Positions 9,117 to 18,114 of a stretch of 64,000 bases of DNA are shown piece by piece. The notes beneath the pieces are model-generated. The model was not told the origin of the DNA and did not search any database. It saw only the letters and a list, made by a program, of their open reading frames with translations. How positions within the stretch are numbered: position 1 is the stretch's first letter; every line of letters starts with the position of its first letter. The position numbers and the translations under genes are program-made. Origin of the DNA: Candidatus Nomurabacteria bacterium (GTDB lineage Bacteria; Patescibacteriota; Minisyncoccia; Phycocordibacterales; UBA9973); the NCBI GenBank assembly GCA_943359485.1, contig CALRHR010000001.1:51141-115140 (forward strand), given 5' to 3'.

Positions 9117-9336
9117 GAAGTTGCTAAGAAAACTTTCCTCTCAAGATAGAAAGCGTGTCACGCTAGCAGTTGGTTTGATATACGCAAATAATTATCAGAT
9201 GCTTGATGTGAAAAAATTATCTGGTTTTGAAACATATAGAATACGAGTAGGAAAGTTTCGCATTAAATTCATTAAGCATGAAACCTTTAATGAAATAATT
9301 GAAATTGTAAGACGCGACGACAATACTTATTCTTAA
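9103..9336 (+). CDS. RelE/ParE-family toxin
   Basis: A 77-aa ORF containing YRIRVGKFRIKF...IIEIVRRDDNTY, the RelE/ParE signature. Confidence 0.7.
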   Translation: MKKHEKLLRKLSSQDRKRVTLAVGLIYANNYQMLDVKKLSGFETYRIRVGKFRIKFIKHETFNEIIEIVRRDDNTYS

Positions 9337-9377
9337 ATTTCTACCATCTCAAGCATATGCGTGGGATAGTAGAAAAG

Positions 9378-11186
9378 TTAAACAAGTTTGGCAGGCGCGG
9401 CGCCCTTGGTGGATATTTCTTCCAATAATTTTTTTAATAATTCTTCTTGTGACACATTCGACTTGCTAGTCTCAGTGCCATTCTCGCCTTCGCTCGTCGG
9501 CATTTGCCCTCCATCTCTAGATTCTAAAGTTAGTTTTCCACTTTCTATTTCTTTGTCTCCAATGACTACCCAATAAGGGATTTTATTGTTTTTTGCGTCG
9601 CGGACTTTTTTACCGAGATTTTCGTCTTCATTTGCTAGTTCTACTCGAATATTGTTTTCTTTTAATAACTCAAAAATATTTTTTGCATATTCATTATGAT
9701 TTTCTCGCACGGGTATGATTTTGATTTGCACCGGAGAGAGCCAAAGGGGGAAGTTCCCAGAGTAGTGTTCAATAAGTATTCCCATAAATCTTTCTGGAGA
9801 GCCTACAATTGCTCTGTGTATCATGACTGGAGTTTTTTCCTTGCCATCAGCATCGGTATAAGTTAGTTTAAATCTTTGAGGCATTATGAAATCAAGTTGT
9901 ATTGTAGAAATTTGCCACTCTCTTCCCAGAGAGTCTTTTGTAATTATATCCATTTTAGGTCCGTAAATTGCGGCTTCTCCAACACCTATTTCATATTTGA
10001 TCTTGTTTTCTTTTAAAATATTTTCAAGAATTTCTTGAGATCTTTCCCAGACTTCAGGACTACCTAGATATTTTTCTGGTTTTTCAGGATCCCAGAGAGA
10101 GAGTCTTATTTTGTAATTCATTTTGTAAGTCGTGAGAGCTTTCTTAACTACTCCAAGAATATTCTCAAACTCACTTTTTATTTGATCTTCTCTGCAAAAT
10201 GCGTGACCATCATCTTGGCAAAAGCATCTGAGTCTGGTTAATCCACTAAGTTCTCCTGGTCGTTCATCTCTATAAAGATTTGCAAAATCTGCATACCGGA
10301 TGGGTAGGTCGCGATAACTTCTCGGACGAGAAGCATATATTTGGGTGTGTTGTGGGCAGTTCATTGGTTTCAGAAAAAAGTCTTCTTCACTGTATTGTGA
10401 ACGAACAGTAAGCATGTCTTCTTTATATTTTTCATAATGACCAGAAATTTTAAATAATTCTGCTTTATTAAAATTTGGAGTATGTACTTCACCAAAACCA
10501 AGTTCAGCATTAAGTTCTCTACAGAAGTTTATTATGGAGTTACGAATAAAAGCTCCTTTTGGTGTGAACATTGGCATACCGCTTCCGACTAAGTCAGAAA
10601 ATACAAATAAGTCTAATTCTTTCCCTAATTTCTTATGATCCCTTTTTTTAGCTTCTTCTCTTTGGTCTATATATTTTTCCAATTCTTCTTTTGTTTCAAA
10701 TGCTAAACCATAAATACGGGTAAGCATTTTGTTTTTTTCATCTCCGCGCCAGTAGGCGCCGGCGACACGGTCGAGTTTGAAAGCATCAATGGGAAGATCT
10801 TTGTTTGGATGTTCTAAATGTCCTCCTTTGCATAAATCAACTAAAGTTCCAGATGTATAAAAAGTTAATTTTTTCCCCTCGGAGGCAAATTCCTCAAGCA
10901 GTTCAGTTTTGTATTCATTCCAGGCAAATTCCGCTCTAGCTTCTTCTAGTGTTACTTCGCGGCCGGTAAATGTATCCCAAGTCTTTATAATTTCCCGCAT
11001 TTTCTTTTCTATTTTAGGAAAATCTTCGACAGAAACTGCCTTTGGTAAATCAAAGTCTTGATAAAAACCATCATCAATAGCTGGACCAATGGCATTCTTG
11101 GCTCCTGGGTAGAGTTCTTTTATGGCTGTTACCAAAAGGTGTGCCAAGGTGTGTCTTATTTTGTAGGCATTAGTTACTTTTTCCAT
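9378..11186 (-). CDS. thrS: threonine--tRNA ligase
   Basis: An editing-domain remnant (HTLAHLL) and class II motifs (RDERPGELSGLTRLRCFCQDDGHAF) are present. The start is chosen at the MEKV codon, with TATTGT 6 nt upstream. Confidence 0.9.
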   Translation of the reverse strand: MEKVTNAYKIRHTLAHLLVTAIKELYPGAKNAIGPAIDDGFYQDFDLPKAVSVEDFPKIEKKMREIIKTWDTFTGREVTLEEARAEFAWNEYKTELLEEFASEGKKLTFYTSGTLVDLCKGGHLEHPNKDLPIDAFKLDRVAGAYWRGDEKNKMLTRIYGLAFETKEELEKYIDQREEAKKRDHKKLGKELDLFVFSDLVGSGMPMFTPKGAFIRNSIINFCRELNAELGFGEVHTPNFNKAELFKISGHYEKYKEDMLTVRSQYSEEDFFLKPMNCPQHTQIYASRPRSYRDLPIRYADFANLYRDERPGELSGLTRLRCFCQDDGHAFCREDQIKSEFENILGVVKKALTTYKMNYKIRLSLWDPEKPEKYLGSPEVWERSQEILENILKENKIKYEIGVGEAAIYGPKMDIITKDSLGREWQISTIQLDFIMPQRFKLTYTDADGKEKTPVMIHRAIVGSPERFMGILIEHYSGNFPLWLSPVQIKIIPVRENHNEYAKNIFELLKENNIRVELANEDENLGKKVRDAKNNKIPYWVVIGDKEIESGKLTLESRDGGQMPTSEGENGTETSKSNVSQEELLKKLLEEISTKGAAPAKLV

Positions 11187-11278
11187 ACTTCTACAATAGC
11201 ACATTTTTAATTTTTACAAAACATTTCGTTTGCTTTTAACCTTGAATATGCTAATATGTATTCATTATGGTAGTAAGA

Positions 11279-11491
11279 ATGAGACATACAAAATCGCATA
11301 CGAAGAATCGTCGAAGTCATCATGCTTTGGAGAGTACAAGCTTTACAAAATGTGAAAACTGTAAAGTATTGAAAAGGCGTCACACTGTGTGCTCTCTCTG
11401 CGGATTTTATCGCGGTAAAAAAGTATTGGATTTAGTAAAAAAAGCTGAAAAGAAACAAAAGAAAGAAAAAGCAAAGAAGGCACAAGCATAG
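11279..11491 (+). CDS. rpmF: 50S ribosomal protein L32
   Basis: MRHTKSHTKNRRSHHAL plus CxxC...CxxC. TATGGT lies 7 nt upstream of the ATG at 11279. Confidence 0.85.
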   Translation: MRHTKSHTKNRRSHHALESTSFTKCENCKVLKRRHTVCSLCGFYRGKKVLDLVKKAEKKQKKEKAKKAQA

Positions 11492-11493
11492 CG

Positions 11494-11561
11494 ATTAGGC
11501 CTTAGGCACTAGGCACTAGCAAATTAACGCTAAAGCCTAACGCTTAGAGCCTAACGCCTAA
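11494..11561. repeat. TAGGC-heptad palindromic element
   Basis: ATTAGGCCTTAGGCACTAGGCACTAGC-AAATTAAC-GCTAAAGCCTAACGCTTAGAGCCTAACGCCTAA. The two arms are imperfect reverse complements. Confidence 0.6.
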
Positions 11562-11565
11562 ACAA

Positions 11566-12534
11566 ATGGCAAATAGGCACCTTTCAAGATCAATAGTGCT
11601 TCAGACTCTTTTTGAGTGGGATTTCTTGCTTGCCTCGCAGAAGCAGAGCGAAGGCGGGCCTGCAGAAAAAAAGGGTGCAAATTCTCGGGCTGGCCAAATT
11701 AAAGAAATATTAAATAAAAATCTAAAAGAATTTGCTTCCGGACTCGAGGATGATAATTTTGTTTTATCTCTCATTGACCAAGTATTGGAAAAACAATCCA
11801 AAGTTGATGAAATCATAGAAGCATCCGCACCAGACTGGCCAATAGACAAGATTTCTGTGGTGGACAGAAATATCCTGCGAATTGGGTTGACGGAGCTTCT
11901 TTTTGGTGACAGGTCGCAGGTGCCTCCGAAGGTGGCGATAAATGAAGCCATAGAATTGGCAAAAACTTTTGGCGGAGAAAATTCCGGTAAATTTATAAAT
12001 GGCGTGCTTGGCTCAGTTTATAAGGAGATAGGCTCTCCGGGCAAGGAACAAATTAGTAAAAATACATATGCTGATAAGCCACTCGACATCTCAGAACTTC
12101 CAGTAGAAAAAAAGGGCGGAGCGTTGGTTTATACTAAAGGAGAAGATGGTCAATTTTTATTGGCTTTAGTGCATGATGTTTTTGGTTACTGGACTATATC
12201 CAAGGGAGGTATTCTAAATGAAGAAAATGAAAGAGAGGCGACAAAGAGAGAAATAAAAAAAGAAATTGGAATCGACATAGAGATAGAAAAAAAACTTGGA
12301 GAGAATGAATATGTGGCTTCTCACCCATCCAAGGGAAAAAGTTTAAAAAAAGTAGTTTACTTTTTGGCATATAGCGAGTATAAAGAGTTGGTGCTCGAAA
12401 AGTCGAGCGGACTAGACGGGGCCAGGTGGTTTGAACTTTCTCTTATACCAGAATTGCGTATATATAACGACATCATTCCACTTATCAGTAAAGCAGTCGA
12501 AATACTGGGTAGTGAAAAGTCACAAAGTTTATAA
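11566..12534 (+). CDS. nusB: NusB antitermination factor fused to a C-terminal Nudix hydrolase domain
   Basis: The N-terminus is NusB-like ([13 protein letters not shown]...[27 protein letters not shown]). The C-terminus has a near-consensus Nudix box, [23 protein letters not shown]. Confidence 0.75.
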   Translation: MANRHLSRSIVLQTLFEWDFLLASQKQSEGGPAEKKGANSRAGQIKEILNKNLKEFASGLEDDNFVLSLIDQVLEKQSKVDEIIEASAPDWPIDKISVVDRNILRIGLTELLFGDRSQVPPKVAINEAIELAKTFGGENSGKFINGVLGSVYKEIGSPGKEQISKNTYADKPLDISELPVEKKGGALVYTKGEDGQFLLALVHDVFGYWTISKGGILNEENEREATKREIKKEIGIDIEIEKKLGENEYVASHPSKGKSLKKVVYFLAYSEYKELVLEKSSGLDGARWFELSLIPELRIYNDIIPLISKAVEILGSEKSQSL

Positions 12535-12550
12535 AGTAGAAAGTAATAAA

Positions 12551-13258
12551 ATGACAAATAAAACAACAGATCTCGCAGATTTTGAGAAAAAAATAAAAAT
12601 AATTTTTAAAGACAAAAATTTACTTAAGCAGGCTTTCATTCATCGTTCTTACATTAATGAAAACACCGGCACAAAACTTTCACACAATGAAAGGCTTGAG
12701 TTTTTGGGTGATGCCGTGCTAGAGCTCATTGTCACCGACTTTTTGTATAAAAAATATCCGAGCTATACCGAAGGGGAACTGACGGCTCTGCGTTCGGCCT
12801 TAGTCAATGCCGTTATTATTTCTGAAATGGCTCTTGCTGTCGGTATGAATGATTATTTGTTTTTATCAAAGGGTGAATCCAAAGATAACGGCAAAGCAAG
12901 GCAATACATTTTAGCAAATACCTATGAAGCATTTATTGGGGCTTTGTATTTAGATCAGGGTTATGATGCGGTGGATAAATTTGTTTACAAAACTTTACTT
13001 GGCAAGACAGATGAAATAGTAAGTAAAAAACTTTGGCGTGACGCCAAGTCTTTGGTACAGGAACGAGCGCAAGAATTTGTAAATGTTACGCCTGCATACA
13101 AAGTTCTATCCGAGTCTGGCCCTGATCATGACAAGCATTTTACTGTTGGTATTTATTTCGGGCTTAATTTAATTGCTCAGGGTAAAGGTAAGTCTAAACA
13201 AGAAGCCGAGCAGAAAGCAGCCGAAGCTGCCCTAAAGGTGAAGGATTGGATGGATTAA
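12551..13258 (+). CDS. rnc: ribonuclease III
   Basis: The signature ERLEFLGDAVLE is present, followed by a C-terminal dsRBD (GPDHDKHFTVGIYF...GKSKQEAEQKAA). Confidence 0.92.
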   Translation: MTNKTTDLADFEKKIKIIFKDKNLLKQAFIHRSYINENTGTKLSHNERLEFLGDAVLELIVTDFLYKKYPSYTEGELTALRSALVNAVIISEMALAVGMNDYLFLSKGESKDNGKARQYILANTYEAFIGALYLDQGYDAVDKFVYKTLLGKTDEIVSKKLWRDAKSLVQERAQEFVNVTPAYKVLSESGPDHDKHFTVGIYFGLNLIAQGKGKSKQEAEQKAAEAALKVKDWMD

Positions 13259-13277
13259 ATATGGTAAGATAAGCATC

Positions 13278-15413
13278 ATGCGGCTTAAACATCTCGAACT
13301 AAATGGTTTTAAATCTTTTGCTCAAAAAACAGTTTTGGAATTTGAGACTCCAGTTGTGTGTGTAGTTGGACCAAATGGTTCTGGAAAATCAAATGTAGTG
13401 GAGGCATTTCGTTTTGTCTTGGGTGAGCAGTCTATGAAGTCTATGCGTGGTAAATCCGGCCTAGACCTTGTTTTCAAAGGTTCAAAAAATTTACCGAAAG
13501 GTAGCCGAGCGAGTGTATCTATTTATTTCAATAACCCTGATAAAGTTTTTAAGCTTGAAAATGACGGTGGGGAAAATATAAATTTAAATTACGATACTAT
13601 CAGTATTTCCCGTGAAGTTTATATAGATGGACGGAATATTTACACTTTAAATGGTAGCGAAGTTCGTTTGAAAGATATTCATCAGCTTCTTTCTTCGGTT
13701 AACATAGGCGCAAGTGGGCACCATATCATTTCGCAAGGTGAGGCCGACAGAATCTTGAATGCAAATCCGAAAGAGAGGAAAGAAATGGTGGAAGACGCAT
13801 TGGGGCTGAAAATTTATCAATATAAGATCAAGGAGAGTGAGCGCAAGCTTGAGCGAACAAATACAAACATGAAAGAAGTGTCGATGTTGCGACGAGAAAA
13901 TGCTCCGCATCTTAATTTTTTAAAAAAACAAGTAGAAAAATTTGAAAAGGTAAAAGAAATGCAGGCTGAGCTTGCAACTCTTTACATGGAGTATCTGGGG
14001 AAAGAAAATGTTTATTTAGAAAAAGCAAAGAAAAATCTCTTACTAGAAAGAAAAAATATTACAAGTGAGCTTGAGAGTGTAACCAAAAAAATCTCTGAGA
14101 CTAAAGAAGAAAAGGAAAATAAAAAAATAGAAGAATTAAAAATAGTTGAGTCAAAATTAAACGAACTTCGCTTACAAAAAGGTGAACTAGAACGAAAACT
14201 TGGTCGCATTGAGGGAATACTGGAAGCTAAAGAGCACAAGGTTAATCTTGCTGGCAGGTGTCCTTTGTGTGGCAGTGTTATCAAGAAAATAGATCCGGAA
14301 CAGATAGAAAAAAAAGACCACGAAGAAAAAGAATTAGCTGAATTGAAAAATTCGCAAGTGGAGATTCTTGCTCTGATTGAAAAAATAAAAATCGAAGAAG
14401 ATATGCAGTTGAGTTTTGTTGAAAAGTTGAAAACAGAAATAAATCAAGAAATGGAAGCCTTGCGAGACCTGGAGCGAGAAAAGTTTACCTGGAAAGTTAG
14501 AAATCAAGAGCTTCATTCTGCCCTCGATCTTTTACTTATAAAAGAAGGGAATTTGAAAGTGCGCACGGAGTCTTTTGAAAATGAAATCAAGGAAGGTGTG
14601 GCTCTGGTGGGGCAAAACATTTTGGCTTTTCGTAACTCTGTTATTTCAGCCGACACATTGGACATAAATGAGGTTGAGCAGACAGAACTCAAGAAAAGAA
14701 TCGAACGGTTAAAAATAAAATTAGAAGACGCGGGTCTTAGTAACGGGGCTGAACTGATAAAAGAATTTGAAGATATGTCGCAGAGGGATCTATTTTTAGC
14801 GAAAGAGCTCCTCGATCTTACTAAGAGCATTGAGTTCTTAGAGAAACTAATTGCAGACTTGAAAGAAAAAATTGATAAAGAGTTTAAAGAAGGAGTAAAA
14901 AAAATAAATGTGGAATTTCAAGAATTCTTTACACTTCTCTTTGGTGGGGGACACGGCGCGTTAGCTATTGTGGTAGAAAACAAAAAGAAGAGACGGAGTG
15001 AGGATGAATCTCTCGAAATCTCTCGAGATGATTCTACTGAATCAGATATTGTTTTTGAACAGGGGATCGAGATCAATGTTTCGCTTCCGCGCAAAAAAGT
15101 TAAAGAACTACATGCATTGTCCGGAGGGGAACGGTCACTCACATCTATTGCACTCCTTTTCGCTATGTCGCAAGTCAATCCACCACCATTTTTAGTACTA
15201 GACGAAACAGATGCTGCGCTTGATGAAGCGAATTCGCGTAAATATGGCGATATGCTGGAGAAACTTTCCAAAAGTTCCCAACTTATTGTTGTGACTCACA
15301 ATCGTGAGACTATGTCTCGCGCTGGAGTGATTTATGGGGTGACCATAGGGAGGAACGAAGCCTCCAAGCTTCTCTCTGTTAAATTCGATGAAGCTGCCGC
15401 GATTGCAAAATAA
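13278..15413 (+). CDS. smc: SMC-family chromosome segregation ATPase, short (711 aa), hinge replaced by a CPLCGS motif
   Basis: SMC-type head: Walker A GPNGSGKSN, ISQGEADRIL, signature LSGGERSLTSIALLFA and Walker B FLVLDETDAALD. It has long coiled coils and sits in rnc-smc synteny. Confidence 0.8.
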   Translation: MRLKHLELNGFKSFAQKTVLEFETPVVCVVGPNGSGKSNVVEAFRFVLGEQSMKSMRGKSGLDLVFKGSKNLPKGSRASVSIYFNNPDKVFKLENDGGENINLNYDTISISREVYIDGRNIYTLNGSEVRLKDIHQLLSSVNIGASGHHIISQGEADRILNANPKERKEMVEDALGLKIYQYKIKESERKLERTNTNMKEVSMLRRENAPHLNFLKKQVEKFEKVKEMQAELATLYMEYLGKENVYLEKAKKNLLLERKNITSELESVTKKISETKEEKENKKIEELKIVESKLNELRLQKGELERKLGRIEGILEAKEHKVNLAGRCPLCGSVIKKIDPEQIEKKDHEEKELAELKNSQVEILALIEKIKIEEDMQLSFVEKLKTEINQEMEALRDLEREKFTWKVRNQELHSALDLLLIKEGNLKVRTESFENEIKEGVALVGQNILAFRNSVISADTLDINEVEQTELKKRIERLKIKLEDAGLSNGAELIKEFEDMSQRDLFLAKELLDLTKSIEFLEKLIADLKEKIDKEFKEGVKKINVEFQEFFTLLFGGGHGALAIVVENKKKRRSEDESLEISRDDSTESDIVFEQGIEINVSLPRKKVKELHALSGGERSLTSIALLFAMSQVNPPPFLVLDETDAALDEANSRKYGDMLEKLSKSSQLIVVTHNRETMSRAGVIYGVTIGRNEASKLLSVKFDEAAAIAK

Positions 15414-15517
15414 TTGTTTTGTTTTGTTATTGTAATTTACGATTTTTTAGAAAAACATGGCACTTTCCTTTAAATAGTGTTATACTATAGATATTAACAG
15501 TAATAACTTTAAAAAAT

Positions 15518-15706
15518 ATGGCAGATTTACAAGCTTTGTGTATGAAGTGCAGGACTAATAATAAGCCGACCATGCAGAAGATGACTAACCCAGTGGTTAC
15601 TAAAAACGAAAAGGGGAGGTATTCAGCTAAGGGCACTTGTGCCGTATGTGGAGGCAATATGTTCAAGTTTATGTCTGCGGTTGATGGAGAGGCGATGATG
15701 AAATAA
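15518..15706 (+). CDS. small zinc-ribbon protein (DUF5679-like)
   Basis: A 62-aa ORF with CMKC...CAVCG. A terminator follows it. Confidence 0.45.
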   Translation: MADLQALCMKCRTNNKPTMQKMTNPVVTKNEKGRYSAKGTCAVCGGNMFKFMSAVDGEAMMK

Positions 15707-15728
15707 AGGTATAAAATTCCAAAAAAAC

Positions 15729-15760
15729 AAAAAGCCTCCATAGGGGCTTTTTGTTTTTTT
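15729..15760 (+). terminator. rho-independent terminator
   Basis: The hairpin AAGCCTCCATAGGGGCTT is followed by a T-run. Confidence 0.7.
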
Positions 15761-15785
15761 GGTGTATAAGTGGTAAAATTAGCTT

Positions 15786-16760
15786 ATGATAAAAAATATT
15801 CTGTTTACCAGGGTGATTCCCAACATTACTATTTCAATGTTGAAAGAGAAAGGTTATGAGGTAGATGTAAACGAAAAAGACCAAGTCCTAACTCAACCTG
15901 AATTAATTAACTTACTAAAACAAAAACCATATGACGGAGTAGTGACACTACTGACTGATAAAATTGACAAGAAAGTCTTTGACGCAACGCCCTCAACAAA
16001 AATATTTGCTAATTATGCTTCTGGCTTTGACAATATTGATATTGTTTTAGCGAAAGAGCGTGGGGTGACGGTTACAAATGCACCCACGGATCTGACGTCT
16101 ATATCTGTGGCCGAACACGCTGTCGCATTTATGTTTGCTTTAGCCAAGAGACTCGTGGAGGCAGATAAATTTGTACGAGAAGGTAAGTACGACGGCTGGG
16201 CGCCGATGAAATTTCTGGGGAATAGTTTATCTGGTAAAACTATTGGCATAGTGGGTACTGGACGAATAGGAGAGAAGGTGGCTAGTCTTTGTAAAGGTTT
16301 GGGTTTAAAAATAATTTATACCAATAATTCTAAAAATGAAAACATTGAGAGAGAAACTGGAGCGACTTACTGCAATTCCCTAGATGAACTTTTAAGAGAA
16401 GCGGATTTTGTGAGCCTGCATGTGCCACTCTTGCCTTCAACCACACATTTGATAAATGAAACTAATTTGAATTTAATGAAGCCGACTAGTTTTCTCATAA
16501 ATACTTCTCGGGGGGCGGTGATAGATGAAGTGGCGCTGGAGAAAGCCCTCAGGGGGAAAGTTATTGCTGGTGCCGGGCTCGATGTTTTTGAATTTGAACC
16601 GAAAGTCACTCCGGGGCTAACTTCTCTTTCTAATGTTATTCTCACTCCTCATATTGCCTCTGCAAATCTAGACGCTCGTGAGGCTATGGGGAGAGTCGTC
16701 GCCGAAAATCTAATTGACTTTTTTGAAGGCAGGGTTCCAAAAGATATAGTGAGTAAATAA
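15786..16760 (+). CDS. D-isomer-specific 2-hydroxyacid dehydrogenase (glyoxylate/hydroxypyruvate reductase-like)
   Basis: NAD-binding GIVGTGRIGEKVA and the catalytic region NTSRGAVIDE...LTPHIAS are present. TAAAAT lies 6 nt upstream of the ATG. Confidence 0.8.
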   Translation: MIKNILFTRVIPNITISMLKEKGYEVDVNEKDQVLTQPELINLLKQKPYDGVVTLLTDKIDKKVFDATPSTKIFANYASGFDNIDIVLAKERGVTVTNAPTDLTSISVAEHAVAFMFALAKRLVEADKFVREGKYDGWAPMKFLGNSLSGKTIGIVGTGRIGEKVASLCKGLGLKIIYTNNSKNENIERETGATYCNSLDELLREADFVSLHVPLLPSTTHLINETNLNLMKPTSFLINTSRGAVIDEVALEKALRGKVIAGAGLDVFEFEPKVTPGLTSLSNVILTPHIASANLDAREAMGRVVAENLIDFFEGRVPKDIVSK

Positions 16761-16778
16761 AATTAATCTAGAACTTTG

Positions 16779-18086
16779 ATGCCGATAATTTCCAATACAA
16801 AAGAATTGAGTTTAAACTTATTGCGAGAAAAAGCCTTAGCTATTGCTGAGGCAGGATTATCTGCGCTTGATTCCTCTATAGTTATCAGAAATTCTCTAAA
16901 ACTTGAGAACAATAATATTTATGTCGGTGATAAAATTTTTCCTATTTTGGCATCAAGCAAATTAATAGTAATTGGTGTAGGTAAATGCGCTATCAATGCG
17001 GTTTCGGAGGTAGAAAAAATTTTAGGTGACCACATAACTTCTGGTATTGTATTGGATGTTCATGAAAACACTACCTGTAAATTTAAAAAGATTAAATGTA
17101 TTACCGGCTCTCATCCAACTCCGACCGAGAAAAATGTTGTAGCAACAAAAGAAATTGTTGCCATGCTTTCTGACCTTACTCCTTCTGACTTAGTTTTATT
17201 TATTATCTCTGGTGGAGGCTCGGCGCTCTTGTGTCTACCTGAAGAAGGTTCAGTTTACCTAGATGAATCATTGATTGTTTCTGAACTTTTTCGTGTCGGG
17301 GCCTCCATTAAAGAATTGAATACACTTCGCAAACATATCTCTCTGGCTCGCGGAGGGTATTTGGCTAAATACGCATATCCCGCTCATGTAGTATCACTTA
17401 TTTTCTCTGATGTTCCTGGGAATGATATTAATTTCATTTCTTCGGGGCCGACGGTAAAAGATATGACTACAATTGTCGATGCGGAGGCAGTTCTATCCAA
17501 GTATCAAATTCTAAAAAAATGTAATATTCTACATTGTGGATTGATTGAAACTCCCAAAGATGAAAAATATTTTTCTAATGTATATAATTATCTTGTTCTT
17601 TCAAACGAACATGCCCTTAAAGCAATGTCTCTCAAGGCGAAAAGTCTTGGTTTGCGCCCTTCGATTCAAGATACCAAAATGGTGGGTGAAGCCAAGGTCG
17701 TTGGTGAAAGAATTGCTAAAGAAATTTCCCAAGCGGACGAGGGCAGAGTACTTCTTTACGGAGGCGAAACTACTGTGGTAATCCATGGCCATGGACGAGG
17801 TGGTCGAAATCAAGAGCTAGCGCTGGGAGCGTTAAAAAATATTCAAACTGATACCTTAGTCCTTTCTCTGGCTTCTGATGGAAAAGACAATGGTCCTTAT
17901 GCTGGAGCGATAATGGATCGAGAAATTTTAGAGAATTCAAATTCCAAAGGACTTGATTCGCAGATATTTTTTGCAGAAAATAATGTAAGTGAGTTTTTTG
18001 AACAAAGTGGTGGGCTTTTGAAAACGGGTGATACAGGTTCGAATGTTTCTGACCTGATTATCGCCATAAAAGATATACAAACTTAG
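16779..18086 (+). CDS. glycerate 2-kinase, MOFRL family
   Basis: DUF4147/MOFRL architecture with the motif GGETTVVIHGHGRGGRNQELAL. Confidence 0.75.
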   Translation: MPIISNTKELSLNLLREKALAIAEAGLSALDSSIVIRNSLKLENNNIYVGDKIFPILASSKLIVIGVGKCAINAVSEVEKILGDHITSGIVLDVHENTTCKFKKIKCITGSHPTPTEKNVVATKEIVAMLSDLTPSDLVLFIISGGGSALLCLPEEGSVYLDESLIVSELFRVGASIKELNTLRKHISLARGGYLAKYAYPAHVVSLIFSDVPGNDINFISSGPTVKDMTTIVDAEAVLSKYQILKKCNILHCGLIETPKDEKYFSNVYNYLVLSNEHALKAMSLKAKSLGLRPSIQDTKMVGEAKVVGERIAKEISQADEGRVLLYGGETTVVIHGHGRGGRNQELALGALKNIQTDTLVLSLASDGKDNGPYAGAIMDREILENSNSKGLDSQIFFAENNVSEFFEQSGGLLKTGDTGSNVSDLIIAIKDIQT

Positions 18087-18114
18087 TCGATTAATTTTAA
18101 TTTTTAATAAACAT

